A stretch of DNA of 64,000 nt from Octopus sinensis (taxonomy: Eukaryota). Below are positions 1 to 13,974 of the stretch, in pieces. The stretch spans positions 118,544,001 to 118,608,000 of the forward strand of contig NC_042999.1 in the NCBI RefSeq assembly GCF_006345805.1, in the 5' to 3' direction. Positions within the stretch are counted from its first letter, which is position 1, and each line of letters begins with the position of its first letter. A program made the translations under genes and the position numbers. The notes beneath the pieces were generated by a model. It worked only from the letters and a program-made list of their open reading frames with translations, did not search any database and was not told where the DNA came from.

Positions 1-49
1 TCACATCAAAAGGCTATGGGTTGAATTTCTTAATCTGGTGGGGTACTAT

Positions 50-285
50 GTTCTTATTTCTTTATTGGCCACACGGGGCTAAACATAGAGGGGAAAAACA
101 AGGACAGACAGAGGGATTAAGTCAATTAGATCGACCCCATTGCATAACTGGTACTTAATTTAGTGACCCCGAAAGGATGAAAGGCAAAGTTGACCTCGTC
201 GGAATTTGAACTCAGAATGTAATGGCAGACGAAATACCACTAAGCATTTTGCCCAGCGTGTTAACATTTCTGCCAGCTTGCCACT
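50..285 (-). mobile_element. SINE family B copy (tRNA-like head; 'ttctgagttcaaattcc...cctttcatcctttcgggg' core)
   Basis: Reverse complement matches the + copy at 10341-10571. More decayed copies at ~7870-8085(-), 8100-8285(-), 16760-16915(-), 18070-18215(+), 24765-24895(+), 54205-54415(-), 56400-56580(-), 62515-62665(+). Confidence 0.75.
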
Positions 286-1255
286 TTGTGTTGTTGATCA
301 GGGTACTTCATTTCACATACTCCAATCTTTTCAGTACCAATGAATTTCTTCCAGGTACTGCTGTGGTCTCCTCTCCCACCAGCTGTCACATCTTGGATGT
401 GCAACTGAATCAAGAGAATAATAGGTCTGAGAGAGTATCTGTGTCCATTCATGACTATAATAGAGACTTGAAGCAATTAGGGAGTGCATAGCAAATGTTA
501 CCAAGCAATTTTCATTCACGAATGATGACTGGCTATTCTTCTACAATATTATATTGTAAGTCTTGGCTTTACTGTTTCAACCAACTCAAAATTCTTTCCA
601 TGGTGTATAATAAATTTATTTAGTTACTGCGTTCTGGTAATATTTCTGAATATTTGTAATCTGTTAGTTGTAAACACAAAAGTTTATGGGCAGTCATAAA
701 ATTCTTCTAATATATCATAACACAAATACACAAATAAAACATTGAGGCAAAACAAATACTCAATATCAGTGAAGGAAAATCTGTGAAATTTCTAATCAGT
801 TTGTGCCTTTTGTTGTGCAACTTATGTATTGATTTATTGATTTCTTTTTGTCATACATTGATTGTTATGATGATGAATAAACTCGATGAAATCATTCATT
901 TTCACTCTGTGTGCTTGCTTGTTTTGGGAATTTGATAATGTTACAAAGTGGTAGAGTTTACTCACAGATGCACTGTAGGATTTAGAATGGAACAGTGATC
1001 ACAAATGGGGTACATAAGTATGAGTATGAGAAATGGTCATGACTTCAGCTGTATGAAATTAAACAAGCTAGTGTATGGATTCCAGCAAAAGATTAACTGG
1101 TGCAGTAACAAAAATTAGTTCAGTGAAATACTGGTGCAGTGATAGAGTTCATATAGCTGTCTGATAGTAATAAAAATATTAGTTTAAGCGAGGACAATTT
1201 TAGTACAAATAAAGAAGTGTATTGAAGTGAGACACAAAAAAGTGATGAATATATA

Positions 1256-2265
<1,010 letters not shown>

Positions 2266-2309
2266 GCAATAAATGATATTGAGATAGGTGAAAATAGAGG
2301 TTTATGTAT

Positions 2310-2512
2310 TTGGCCCTCGTGCCAGTGGCATGTAAAAGCACCCACTACACTCTCGGAGTGGTTGGCGTTAGGAAGGGCATCCAGCTGTAGAAACTCTGCC
2401 ACATCAAGACTGGAGCCTGGTGCAGCCATCTGGTTCACTAGTCCTAAGTCAAATCGTCCAACCCATGCTAGCATGGAAAGCGGACGTTAAACGATGATGA
2501 TGATGATGATGA
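2310..2512 (+). mobile_element. SINE family C 3' part with (GAT)n tail
   Basis: 'ggttggcgttaggaagggcatccagctgtagaaac...ccaacccatgctagcatggaaagcggacgttaaacgatgatg'. Also at 6596-6735(+), 22850-23030(-), 23058-23212(-), 24935-25475(+), 51566-51875(+), 60820-61000(-). Confidence 0.75.
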
Positions 2513-2654
2513 TTAGAAAACTGCGAAATATGTTGTAAAATGAGGGCAGATACATCAAGACAATAGATCAGTATTATAATGTTGGTGAGTGAATATGTCA
2601 GTCCAGCGGGCAACTTCCTGAAATGCAATCTAGAATATTGTTTCTCTTCTATCT

Positions 2655-3360
2655 TTTACTAGTTTCAATCATTAGTCTGCGGCCATGCTGGAGCACTGCC
2701 TTGAAGAAATTTTAGTCAAACAAATCAATCCCAGGATTTATTTAAAAAAATTAAAAAAACACTTTTCTTTTTATCAGTCTCTTTTGCCAGGCTGCTAAGT
2801 TATGAGAATGTAAACACACCAACACTTGTTATCAAGCAATGGTGAATGGTGAGGAAGTAATACAGATACAAAGACACACACATATATATATGCATATATA
2901 TATATATATGGATGAATGAATTATCCTTTGTTTACAGTTATCACGGAAAATTCAATAAACAGTTACCAGGGTAGCAAAATTCACGCAAGTAACAAGGATG
3001 TAGCGACCTATTCAAAGGTAGAAACTCCGGGTTAATGTGCAGTAATTTGTATAGTATAAATAAATAAATGGAGTTGAACACAGATGTTATTCAATTTTTT
3101 TTACTTTCAACATATGTTTTGAAACATGTTGAAAGTGAAAGAATTTGAATAACATCTGCATTCAACTCCATTTATGTATATATATATATATATATATATA
3201 TACATGATAGGTTTCTTTTAGCTTCCATCTACCAAATCCACTTATAAGGCTTTGGTCAACCCTGGGCTAAAGTAGAAGACACTTGCTCAAGTTGCCACAT
3301 CGTGGAACTGAACCCAGAACCATGTGCTTGTGAAGCATACTTCTTACCACACAGCCACAT
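2655..3360 (-). mobile_element. SINE family A copy interrupted by a PLE-terminus element
   Basis: Both halves match family A; 2908-3175 is inserted in the central (TA)n. Confidence 0.7.
2908..3175 (-). mobile_element. Non-coding Penelope 3'-terminus fragment ending in a ~55-bp-arm hairpin (3064-3175)
   Basis: 2908-2990 is homologous (inverted) to 60730-60790. 3067-3123 is homologous to 57925-57980 (aatggagttgaac...acatatg). Flanked by (TA)n. Confidence 0.7.
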
Positions 3361-3889
3361 GTATTTACATATTTTCAGATATCTGACCACTCATTGTAGG
3401 TGAAAAATTAACCCTTCTTCATTCTATTATTTTGTTAATATGCATTAAGCTAAACCTTTTAACTGATGAGTTAATTTTCATTTGTGGCTTTATGTGTTTG
3501 TTTCTCATCAATTAATCCATTAACATCATAAGTATTAATTAGGTTTTTTATTTTGTTTTGTTTTTTAATAAATAGATACCTCTTTAAATTTAATGATGCA
3601 TTCTCTGATTCACATACTGCACTTTGTATAATGATAGTGAAACTCCCAAAATACTTCTTTTCTAATCACTATATATTGTTGAATTGATACTAGTCCATAC
3701 TTTATAAATAATTAATATCTTGTTTGTTTATTTCATTCAAGAAGAGAAATAAATAGTGCCTAAGAAAGACAACTTTCCATCCATGTGCCAATAAAGCTTC
3801 ATGACCTGTCAGAAATAGCAGCCAAATCTCCCTCAAATCACACCCTGCCATCTTAAAATAAGGGAAATATATATATTTGATAATATAAC

Positions 3890-4290
3890 GGCGCAGGAGT
3901 GGATGTATGGTAAGTAGCTTGCTTACCAACCATATGGTTCCGGGTTCATTCCCACTGCATGGCAACTTGGGCAAGTGTCTTCTACTATAGCCTTGGGCCA
4001 ACCAAAGCCTTGTGAGTAGATTCGGCAGATGGAAGCTGAAGAAGCCCTTCGTATATATATGTATGTGTATATGTTTGTCTATCTGTGTTTGTCCCCACAA
4101 CATCACTTGACAACCGATGTTGGTGTGTTTATGTCCCCCATAACTTAGCGGTCCGGCAAAAGAGACCGATAGAATAAGTACTAGGCTTCCAAAGAATAAG
4201 TCCTGGGGTTGATTTGCCTGACTAAAAGGCGGTGCTCCAGCATGGCTGCAGTCAAATGACTGAAACAAGTAAAAGAGATAAAAGAGATAA
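3890..4290 (+). mobile_element. Near full-length tRNA-derived SINE family A
   Basis: 'ggcgcaggagtggatgtatggtaag...gggttcattccc' head, central TA/GT microsatellite, 'tgactgaaacaagtaaaagag' tail. Other copies: 4541-5020(-), 17718-18035(+), 41758-42116(-), 50566-50700(+), 54468-54955(+). Confidence 0.85.
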
Positions 4291-4540
4291 TCTTAGAGAA
4301 AGACAATGTGATCACGACTTTGGTCATAAGTTTGCTTGGTGAAGGGTGATCTGGGCAAAATAACAATAACAACAGCAAAGCCTTCTCTCTTCTTTACAAA
4401 CGAAAATGGTTTGTGATAACTTTTCTCAATCTGTCATTTATAATAACATATAAAGTTAATATCTTCATATCCAAACAAATTTTTGTCCTTGAATTCTCCT
4501 GCCTAACATATTTTCTTTAAAATTACTTTATGGTAATATA

Positions 4541-4754
4541 CTCTTACTCTTTACTCTTTTACTTGTTTCAGTCATTTGACTATGGCCATGCTGGAGCACT
4601 GCCTTTAGTTGAGCAAATCAACCCTAGCACTTATTCTTTGTAAGCCTAGTACTAAATCTAGCAGTCTCTTTTGCCGAACCGCTAAGTTATGGGGATGTAA
4701 ATACACAAGCATTGGTTGTCAAGCAATGTTGGGGGGACAAACACAGACATACAA

Positions 4755-4822
<68 letters not shown>

Positions 4823-5020
4823 ATATATATACACACACATATATATATATCTATACATATACGACGGGCTTTCAGTTTACTTCTACCAAATCCATTCACA
4901 AGGCTTTGGTTGGCCCGAGGCTATAGTAGAAGACACTTGCCCAAGGTGCCATGCAGTGGGACTGAACCCTGAACCATGTGGTTCGTAAGCAAGCTACTTA
5001 TTATGCAGCCATTCCTATGC
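4541..5020 (-). mobile_element. SINE family A copy with internal (CA)n
   Basis: Reverse complement of 3890-4290 along its whole length. Confidence 0.85.
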
Positions 5021-5604
5021 CTATGTGCATTAAATTAGAATACAATCTTGTCTTTATACAGGGTTTGCAAAAAAAAAATAGTTTTAAGACATACATCTAT
5101 AAACTTCCACAGAACACCAAACATGGCTTTAAGCGATTATACTGTTATATTAAGAACATTCAGGAAAGTCCTTTCTCCTCACTAATATTCAAAAATGCTT
5201 TCCATAATTTACTATCACCTAGCTGGAGTAGAATGTCGAATTATTTGCCATAACAAATAATTTACTGCTGTTTGGTACCTTGTTGCGATATGATCTGTTA
5301 TTAGAGCTGTCTCGATTAGGTATTGGGAAAAAGTAAAACGTGAGTGAAAATGATTTAGTATGAAGTCTGATTAAAAGCTTATTAATGTAAAAGTTCATGA
5401 GTATTTGGATTTTCCACTAATTGAAGCATCTTCTGTTTTTTTTTAAGAGGAGATGAATGCATACAAAACTAGAACACATAATTTGGTATTGGTGAATTTT
5501 TAAATATTGATATATATTTTAAAAAGAAAATATTAATTTAAACTCAGTGAGTGCATTTGAAACAATATTAAATTAAATTAGCCTCGTATGTAACATATTA
5601 AATG

Positions 5605-6930
5605 TATATACACCATACAAAGGCATGCTTTTATAGCGTTTTACAGAGAGAAATTCTCTTCATAAATAGTTTGTGTTAAAATTTCAACTTATATTTAAGT
5701 GAAGCAAATATCCTCACAGCAGCAAGTCATAGGGACATTCGATGACATTCACCCTCCTTGGAGTGCCCATTTGTCTATGCTTAAACGAAATTCATACTTA
5801 AATATATATGAAACCATGTGTAATACGTTCATTCCTGATATTATGAAATGCTTGATGGGCTGTAGAAAATTCAGTGAAAGCAATTGAATCAGCATTAAAT
5901 TAATGAATGCATCATACTAAATGCACATACACTGTCCAAAGATATACTGCGGTGGTTTTTGTCTGAGAGAAAACCTTTTTATAGACAGAGGTTAAAAACA
6001 CAATACATAATGAAGAAAAGAGACCATTGTCCCAGTAGTGACTTATCTAGGTGTTAGACATACTTTGCTTGTCTTGGAACTTGCCAAAAATTTATACCCA
6101 TTTGCTACATGCTTGAATGAAATTTGCACTTCATTACATAAGAAACAGTAAATAATACATTTACTGATATAGAATGTTTGCTGGATTGTATAAAGTTTGG
6201 AGATTAACAATTGAAACAGCATTAAATTTTTAAAAAAAAATCTGTGTATCATACCAGACATATAGCAATACATGCTGCTGTGGGTTTTGTCTGAGAGAAA
6301 ATCTCTTCACAGACATTTTAAAAACACAATAGATATCAAAGTAAAAAGAATGCTGACTCATGGGAAAGTTAGATGCATTTCACCCTTATGGGACTTGTCA
6401 ATAATGAGTATCCATTAGTCACATACTTAAACTTTTGTATTGATATATAAGACACAACGACAACAATATGATTATACATTTAGCATGATACATAGATGGT
6501 AATAATGATTTAATGCAGTTCCAATAGTGTTCATTTAGTATTCTACTGTCCAGGAAGCATTCAGCAATGATAGTGAATGCTTTATTCATTTTTTCTTAGG
6601 GAGGGCATCCAGCCGTAGAAACACTGCCAAATCTGACTGGGCCTGATGAAGCCTTCCGGCTTCACAGACCCCAGTTAAACCGTCCAACCCATGCTAGCAT
6701 GGAAAGCGGACGCTAAATGATGATGATGATGATGACCAAGGTATGAGTTACGTTCAAGCAAATGACAAATGTTACAAGCTCTAAGAAGAGAGAAAAGTGT
6801 TCAATGTTCCTACAAGTCACTGTTGTTACAATGTTTGTTTTGCTTCGATAAATATTCTATTTTTCACACATCTGTGAAGAGGCTTTCTCTCAGACAAAAG
6901 CTACAACAGCATGTCCTTCTATGGTATACA
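5605..6930. repeat. Foldback-like element: three diverged ~320-bp direct units plus one inverted unit
   Basis: 'catgctgctgtgggttttgtctgagagaaa'-like motif at ~5624, ~5944 and ~6271, inverted at ~6885-6913. 'caattgaa[t/a]cagcattaaat' at 5881 and 6208, inverted at 6508. A SINE C copy is nested at 6596-6735. Confidence 0.65.
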
Positions 6931-8410
6931 TATAATTAATATAAATAGATGTCTATGTTAACTTAAGGATATTTATTACTTCTTTGTTGGATGAACTGAT
7001 TGTAAAAGTTGACGGTGATGAATGTTATTTAAATAAAAAAAATGTTTGAATTGATAGTATGTGGAAACAATGGAATTCACAAAATTAATTAAATGAATCT
7101 GATATTGTACGCTCTGGTTAATATAACAGCACAGCATAGATGATAAGTTAAAGGTACTTATAATGGGAGTTGAAGGTTTCTGATACCTGTGGAATATCCT
7201 CTTCTCCCATTACAATTATTTTTTGTAGTCTTAGGATTGAAGAAGAGACTTACAAGCGGATGAAATTCAATGGTTGTTCATTTGGTTCTCATTTCATGGA
7301 GTTTGCTCCTGGCGACCATTTGTATGTCAGCATGTAGTTCATTCGCTCCGTTTGCTCTGGAGAGGGTGGGTAAAGTTAGAGCGGGTTAAGAATCTGCTGT
7401 GAGCTGCTAGGTTGCAGTGTTGTTCAACGTGAGTGCCAACACAAGAGAAGAGAACGGGTTGCTCAATACACCTCCTTAAATAGATGTTGCCCCCAAGATC
7501 CTTGCTGTGGTCTCGCGCATGGCAAACATGGTTGTAGGCAAGATCTCGCTCTTGTCTCAGACCTGACAATGGCCGCGGGCAAGATCTCATATAAAATGGC
7601 ACTGACGTCTTGTACCATGCTATATACTATTACAATTCACAGTGATATGCTTTGCTCATTCGGTCACAAATCTACATGATTTGAAAATGGATGATATATG
7701 AATCTAATTGAGTGTAAATGTTAGAAAAATATTTGATTGCTGATCAGAGACATTGTTATATAACAAAATTTAAAGAACTTATTTCCATTAGTTGATTTTC
7801 AAAAATAATAATTGAAGATATTTAAAGTCCCTATTGAATAAATATTCTTATTCAAAGTACAGCTAACATCAGTTTCAAGCTTATGGCAGAAGGTCAACAA
7901 TTTTAGGGGAAGGGAAAAATTAATTATACTGACCCCATTGTTCATCTGGTATTTGTTTTATTGGCCCTGAAAGGATGAACGGCAAAGTCAACCGAAGCAG
8001 AATTTGAACTCGAGATGTCAAGTCAGAAAAAATACACTAATTATTTGATCTGGCATGATAATGATTCTGCTAGTTTGCTGCTTTAAATATAGTTAATATT
8101 GGTTTTAAATTTTGGCACAAGGCCAGCAATTTTGGGGAAGGTATAAATCAATCACATCGACCCTAGTTTTCAACTGATACTTATTTTATTGACCTGGGAT
8201 GGATAAAAGGGAAAGTCAACTTCAGTGGAATTTGAACTCAGAACATTTTTCCCAGTGTACTATCGATTCTGCTAGCTCACTGAATTTGACAAGATCCCAG
8301 TTCCTTGTAACACTTAAAAATAAGATTGCTCATTTATTTTTTCTCTCATTTTAGTCTGTTTTACCAGAGTTGCTTTTTCTGGTACTACCCTCATTTCCTT
8401 TCTCCAGGTA

Positions 8411-8970
8411 TTGTTTGTTCCTTCTCAAGCCATGCCTGGCTCATAAGGGCTAGTTTCCCAGTTTCCTTGGTGTATAGGTTCCCCACCTGGACAGGATGCT
8501 GGTCTGTCACAGGTGAGCTGCTAGATGCAGGAGGAAAGAGTGAGAGAAAATTGTGGCAAAAGAGTTAGCAGAGGTTCACCATTACCTTCTGCTGGAGCCA
8601 TGTGGAGCTTAGGTGTTTCGCTCATAAACACACACATCACACGGTCTGAGATTTGAACCCATGATCCCTTGACCATGAGTCCACTGCTCTAACCACTAGG
8701 CCATGTGCCTCCACAAAATAAATGTTCCTTCTCGAGCCATGCCAGGCTCATAAGGGCTGGTTTCCCAGTTTCATTGACGTAGAAATTCCCAACCTGGATG
8801 GGACGCCGGTCTGTCACAGGATTACTCATTTTTGCCAGCTGAGTGGACTGGAGCAACGTGAAATGAAGTGTTTTGCTCAAGAACACAATGCATTGCCCGG
8901 TCCAGGAATTGAAACTGCAACTTTATGATCATGAGTTCAACACCCTAACCACTAAGCCATGCGCCTCCAC
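8411..8970 (-). mobile_element. Tandem pair of related tRNA-SINEs (family D) inside one TSD
   Basis: Both units have head 'gtggagg[c]ac/gcatgg..tagtggttag' and a shared 3' end. TTCTCCAGGTA at 8400-8410 and 8971-8981. Confidence 0.75.
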
Positions 8971-9249
8971 TTCTCCAGGTAAAGGATAGCATATTTCATA
9001 CATCCTTGAAACAGGAAGTTGTCAATAACAAGAATGCAATGTAATTTTGGTGTTTGGAGAGATATTTTTTACCATACTATTAGTCCATCTGGGAAAAAGA
9101 TAATCTGAGGCAAAGTCTGATAAATTTCCAAAACTACTAATTAAAAAATGCAAATAAAATATTAGAATTTGTTTCAGAACTCGAATATTATCACACTTTC
9201 AATGAGGGTATGGCAAATCTTACTGTACTGTTATATAATTTAATAGAAA

Positions 9250-11160
9250 ATAACTCATCACCATCCAAAAGGTGAGATGATTCTCATGAAAATTTTAATG
9301 GGTTGATATAAGTGACTGAGTAAATAGAGCTCATGCATTAGAATGAAACTTTGCCATCACCTGGCGTAGTAATGAAATCGTGTGAGCTGAACATTCTATT
9401 GAACCATGCATCTAAAACACTGAATGCACATCAAGGGCGATATTCGTTAACAGCTAAAAAGACATTATCTATAATACTCGGTTTTCATAAAATTCACTCA
9501 AATCTTATATAGATGACATTTGTATTAATCACAGATCACAAACAGCTTGTACATGTATCCTTACCAGATAAAAGTATGCCGTGGGTGGTGTTATTAATAT
9601 ACAACACATTACGAAGCTTTGAAGCAATGCAATAATGCTGATGCAATATCAAAAATGCTGATCAAACTTGATTAGGATTCTGAGGAAAAACAAAAATCTT
9701 ATTCTATCTGGATTTAAAAGACATCAAATTATTGAGCAAAATCTCCATGGAAAACCTGTTAGCACTTGATAGTCTCTATAAAATACCGGTTACCAGAAGT
9801 TTGATATTGATATCATTTGAACTAAACAGTTTGTCGATAATTGTTGTGCTGTGAAACTAGATATTGAAGACGAACATATAAGGGAATATTGGATGAAACA
9901 TGAGGCAATTAATTGTCACAGAAATTTATTAATTTTGCAGCCTAATCTTGCTAAAGTAATTATCTCAAAAATATTACAAAAGAAAATTTTGATTAAACTA
10001 TATGAAATTTATCTGGGGTATAGTCCAAAAGAAACAAATGAATTTACAACCCATCTGATACAATGACTGGCCAAGAAAAAGAGGGCAATATTATACGTAT
10101 GGTGTGAGAGGAAAACCATCGGCAATATATGTGCCTAATGAAAAGTTATATTAAATGATTCAAAACACATGAAACATGGTAATGAATCCATATTGATCAT
10201 GCCTTTAAGATGAAATGTGGCTTATTGTCATTCATTTCATCCTTGACATATCCAATATGTTACACCGACAACATCAACAATTACTTGTAAAACATTTACT
10301 ATACTCCATAAAATTTTTTGAAAAAATTATACCTAATAATAGGCGGCGAGCTGGCAGAATTGTTAGCATGCCGGTCGGAATGCTTAACGATATTCCACCT
10401 GTCGTTACGTTCTGAGTTCAAATTCCACCGAGGTCAACTGTGCCTTTCATCCTTTCAGGATCGATTAAATAAGTACCAGTTAGGCACTGGGATCAATGTA
10501 ATCGACTTAATCACTTTGTCTGTCCTTGTTTGTCTCCTCTATGTTTAGCCTCCTGCGGGCAATAAAGAAATAAATTATACCTGACAATAGAGTTTTATTT
10601 GCATCATCCATATTTAAGTAACATTGCAATCAAATAGGTGTTCAACATTCAACGTTACTAATTCCTATCAGCCTTCAAACAGTGAAGCAATTCGCTTTAT
10701 TCAAAGAAGGGATTTGGGAAGGATACCATGAAAACCACTTATGGGTGGAAAATGATCGATTTGCTTTTTTTTTATTCTCACATACTCTGCACAATCATAT
10801 CCAACAATGGATGGAAAATTACTCATAGAAATGCTTCATGGTTAAAAGCCACAAAATATTAGGTTATTAATATTGATGCTGAACCATAATCAAATGGAGG
10901 ACAAAACAGTTCCATTAAATTATGTGCCGGACAATCACAATTTGTCAGGGATTATTGAAACGAATTTAGTTTTTTAGCACAATTGTGAAGAAACTCGGTT
11001 ATGTGATGATACAAATAGATAAGGATCAATGGAAACAGTACCAGAATCAGATAAATTTACGAGTTTGTCATGTATCGCTGCTGACCAGTCGGAAATTGGA
11101 TGACTTTGATGACCGGTTGTTGCGGAAATCAATTAAAACCCATCACCGTTGACATTCCGA
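9250..11160 (+). pseudogene. Decayed Ty3/Gypsy pol (RNase H - integrase)
   Basis: Manual translation gives VLITDHKQL (~9523; TDHKPL motif), NNADAISK (~9632; NADALSR), EKIIPDN (SDNG motif, split by a SINE), YQPSNSEAIRFIQ (~10666; YHPQSNGxAER) and FLTYSAQSYPTMDGKLLIEMLHG. Many stops and frameshifts. Confidence 0.75.
10341..10571 (+). mobile_element. SINE family B, full-length with TSD
   Basis: AAATTATACCT at 10324-10334 and 10572-10582 (extends to 19 bp with 2 mismatches). Confidence 0.85.
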
Positions 11161-13062
11161 TCATGATTTACAATTATTGTCATAACTGTCCCAACCTACA
11201 TCAAAGCTCTACAAATCTAATGGGTAGCAAAGCATCACTTATCGTTATTTTAATTTATATATTAAAATTTTGCACTCTGCATCAGTATATATCTTATTGT
11301 TGTTCAGAATTTATAATATTGTATTATTTTATCGAACGTCAATCATTAAAATTTATCATTAAATTAAAACTGGAAAAAACCTTGAACGAATTCGATAATT
11401 CATTTACAACCAACTCATATTTCTCTATTTATTCAATGTTACTGTGATATAGAATTGAAGGGATTATTTATTTTAGCTACACATATATACACACGTGTAT
11501 CTCAACCTTATCAATAAATTATTACTGCTCTGCTAGATTCCCTTTACAGTTGCGGATAAATTTGAACAACCTCTAAATATACAATACTTCTATAATGATT
11601 TTTCTCTGGTTATTGCTTTTCAGATGTGAATACACACTCGATGAAACACTCCAATTCAAAACCTAAACAGATTATCATTAAATTTAATACACATATCTGT
11701 GTTAAAAATTAAGTTTTTTTTAAAATTTATTTCTATGTTTCCTGTATATTTATGTATGCACATATGCATGGATATAAATATGTACATAAAGAGAGAGAGA
11801 GAGAGTGGGGACAAAAGCAAGAAGGTAAGTTTATGAAGCTGAAACAAACATAAATAATATATAAAGTCAAATGAGTAAAACACAGGGTGGAAATGCTTTA
11901 AAAAAATGAAATGAAACAGCAATGATCACAGAATGTGTACAATGAAAATAAATACACCATTTTCATCTTAGATCTCATTGTTTGTTTACATCTAGCATCT
12001 TGGATACAGATGTCTTAAAAATCAGTGCCGTCTATAATTTCTATAGAATATCTGTGGCGATAACCTTAACAAAACAATATAAGGGGATCTAATGTTTTGG
12101 GTTTTTACACTTTATGAAAAAGACATAAAAAGATAAAGAAATGGTACCAATTTACCACTTTAATGATTGAAGTTGATTTGAAGAATTATGCTGGTTTGAG
12201 TTCCAATATACGTGTTTATATAGATAAAGGACGAATGAGAAAACTAGGATTAAATACAATGATTTATTCAACCCATTAAAGAGTATAGACATGGCAAGCT
12301 GTTGCAAATACATCTTGAAATATACTTTCAGAAAATATACACTTGGGTTTCTCATGCAGTTGGTACTTGAATAGAACAGGAAAGCAAATATGTGACATGA
12401 CTTCTGCTGAAGGACAGGAACAGATATACACGTCAAAGGCTATCCTTAGAATAAACTTGCTTCCTACCAAGATCCAAATTCAACCGAGCTAACCCACTTC
12501 ATTGACTAAATAGCAGATGGATCTCTCCTTATATAGCTTGATGGTGGGCTTCAATGAATAGACATAAATTTCCCTCACTCAGGTCTGTCACATGATGGGA
12601 TTGATAGCTCGTGTAAAGCTTGAAGGGCTAGATCAGTACAAAGCCCATCACATGATCAGGTCATTGTAGAAAGCACAGCATATAAGCTATGTGCATATTT
12701 AAAGGTAAACAAGCAAACTATGAACATATGTCTATTTATGTTGCAGGTTTGGTGTAAAAAGGTAGTTGGCTAATGACATAAGGGAATTGGAAGCAGAGAA
12801 ATAATTTGGATTATAGTGAGAAAAGAAAGGGAGGAAAGGAAGAATGGGAAAAAGGAACTGAGTGAGTGCAGGATATCTGTGTGTAGTGTAGTTGGATGTG
12901 TAATCTTATTAACTATGTAGGAGTTAAATACCAGCGAACATATGTTGGGTAATATAAAGTTTGTATATCTATGTATGCATCAGTCAGTCTTGTAAAATTC
13001 AGCAACAACTGCAAATTTGTTAACATATAACCATATATACATAAAGACTTAGTATTTGCAAA

Positions 13063-13099
<37 letters not shown>

Positions 13100-13107
<8 letters not shown>

Positions 13108-13692
13108 TATATTGAGGGTACTACTATTCGTAGATACCAACACGCTAAGAGGGACCAATGCGGTCAAAACTACTAAAAATAAACAAAATTTTACCAAATG
13201 CAAAACTTCAAAACACATCATTTTAAAAAAGAATTCAGTTACATATCACATGTGATTTCGCATTTAAATGCAGAATATGCATTTTATGTTCATCAGTGCA
13301 ACAAACTCAAGAAATATAAGAGAAAAACATAACATTACAAGCTCGATAGCCAACCGTAGAATTCGTCGTAGCATGTCCGAATGTTTATCTTTACATATCT
13401 ATGAAAATGGCGGGCTTATTCGCAATGCATTTCGGTAACAAATTGTCTATTCGGAATAAAAATTCAGTATTGAACTATTCCGGTGAAAAATATAAATTAA
13501 CAATTGAGGATAAAATCTTTAAAAGAAATTATCAGTAGTCAGCGTGAAAAACCTCGTAAGAGAAAAAATCCGTAAATTCTTCCTCTTTGAAAATATTCAT
13601 TTATATTATATTGAGGGTACTACTATTCGTAGATACTAACATGCTAAGAGGGACCAATGCGGTCAAAACTACTAAAAATAAACAAAATTTTA
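13100..13692 (-). mobile_element. Retrozyme-like / PLE pLTR element: 499-bp unit with 94-bp direct repeats, in (TA)n
   Basis: 13100-13193 is repeated at 13599-13692 with 2 mismatches; contains an HHR; (TA)n on both sides; no ORF. Confidence 0.8.
13238..13302 (-). ncRNA. Type I hammerhead ribozyme
   Basis: Minus strand: gttgca CTGATGA acataaaatgca-tattc-tgcatttaaatgc GAAA tcacatgtga TA tgtaac. Stems I-III all pair; the first stem II pair is A.C. Confidence 0.85.
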
Positions 13693-13974
13693 TATATATA
13701 TATATAGTTAGGAAATGGTAACAAAGAAGTAGTGTGGTATTGTTTAAGGAGATGTCTCATAGATATTTAGTGATTCATTCCACTAAGCTGTGGTCAGTTT
13801 CACTAGTGTACAAGAAACTACAGAGCTGAGAGATAAGAGAGTAAATGACATATCTATCATATAAGCGAATTGGTTAGGGATAAAGAATGAACGTTAGATT
13901 AATACAAAAGGGTTGTAATGTTCTGAATGTAAATGTTTAGAAAGATGGGAAAGAATCAGGGTTTGGTTTTAGGA

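Noticed and set aside
3702-4268. 188-aa minus-strand ORF (and 186-aa ORF at 24877-25437)
   Set aside because: Antisense read-through of SINE copies; no protein motif.
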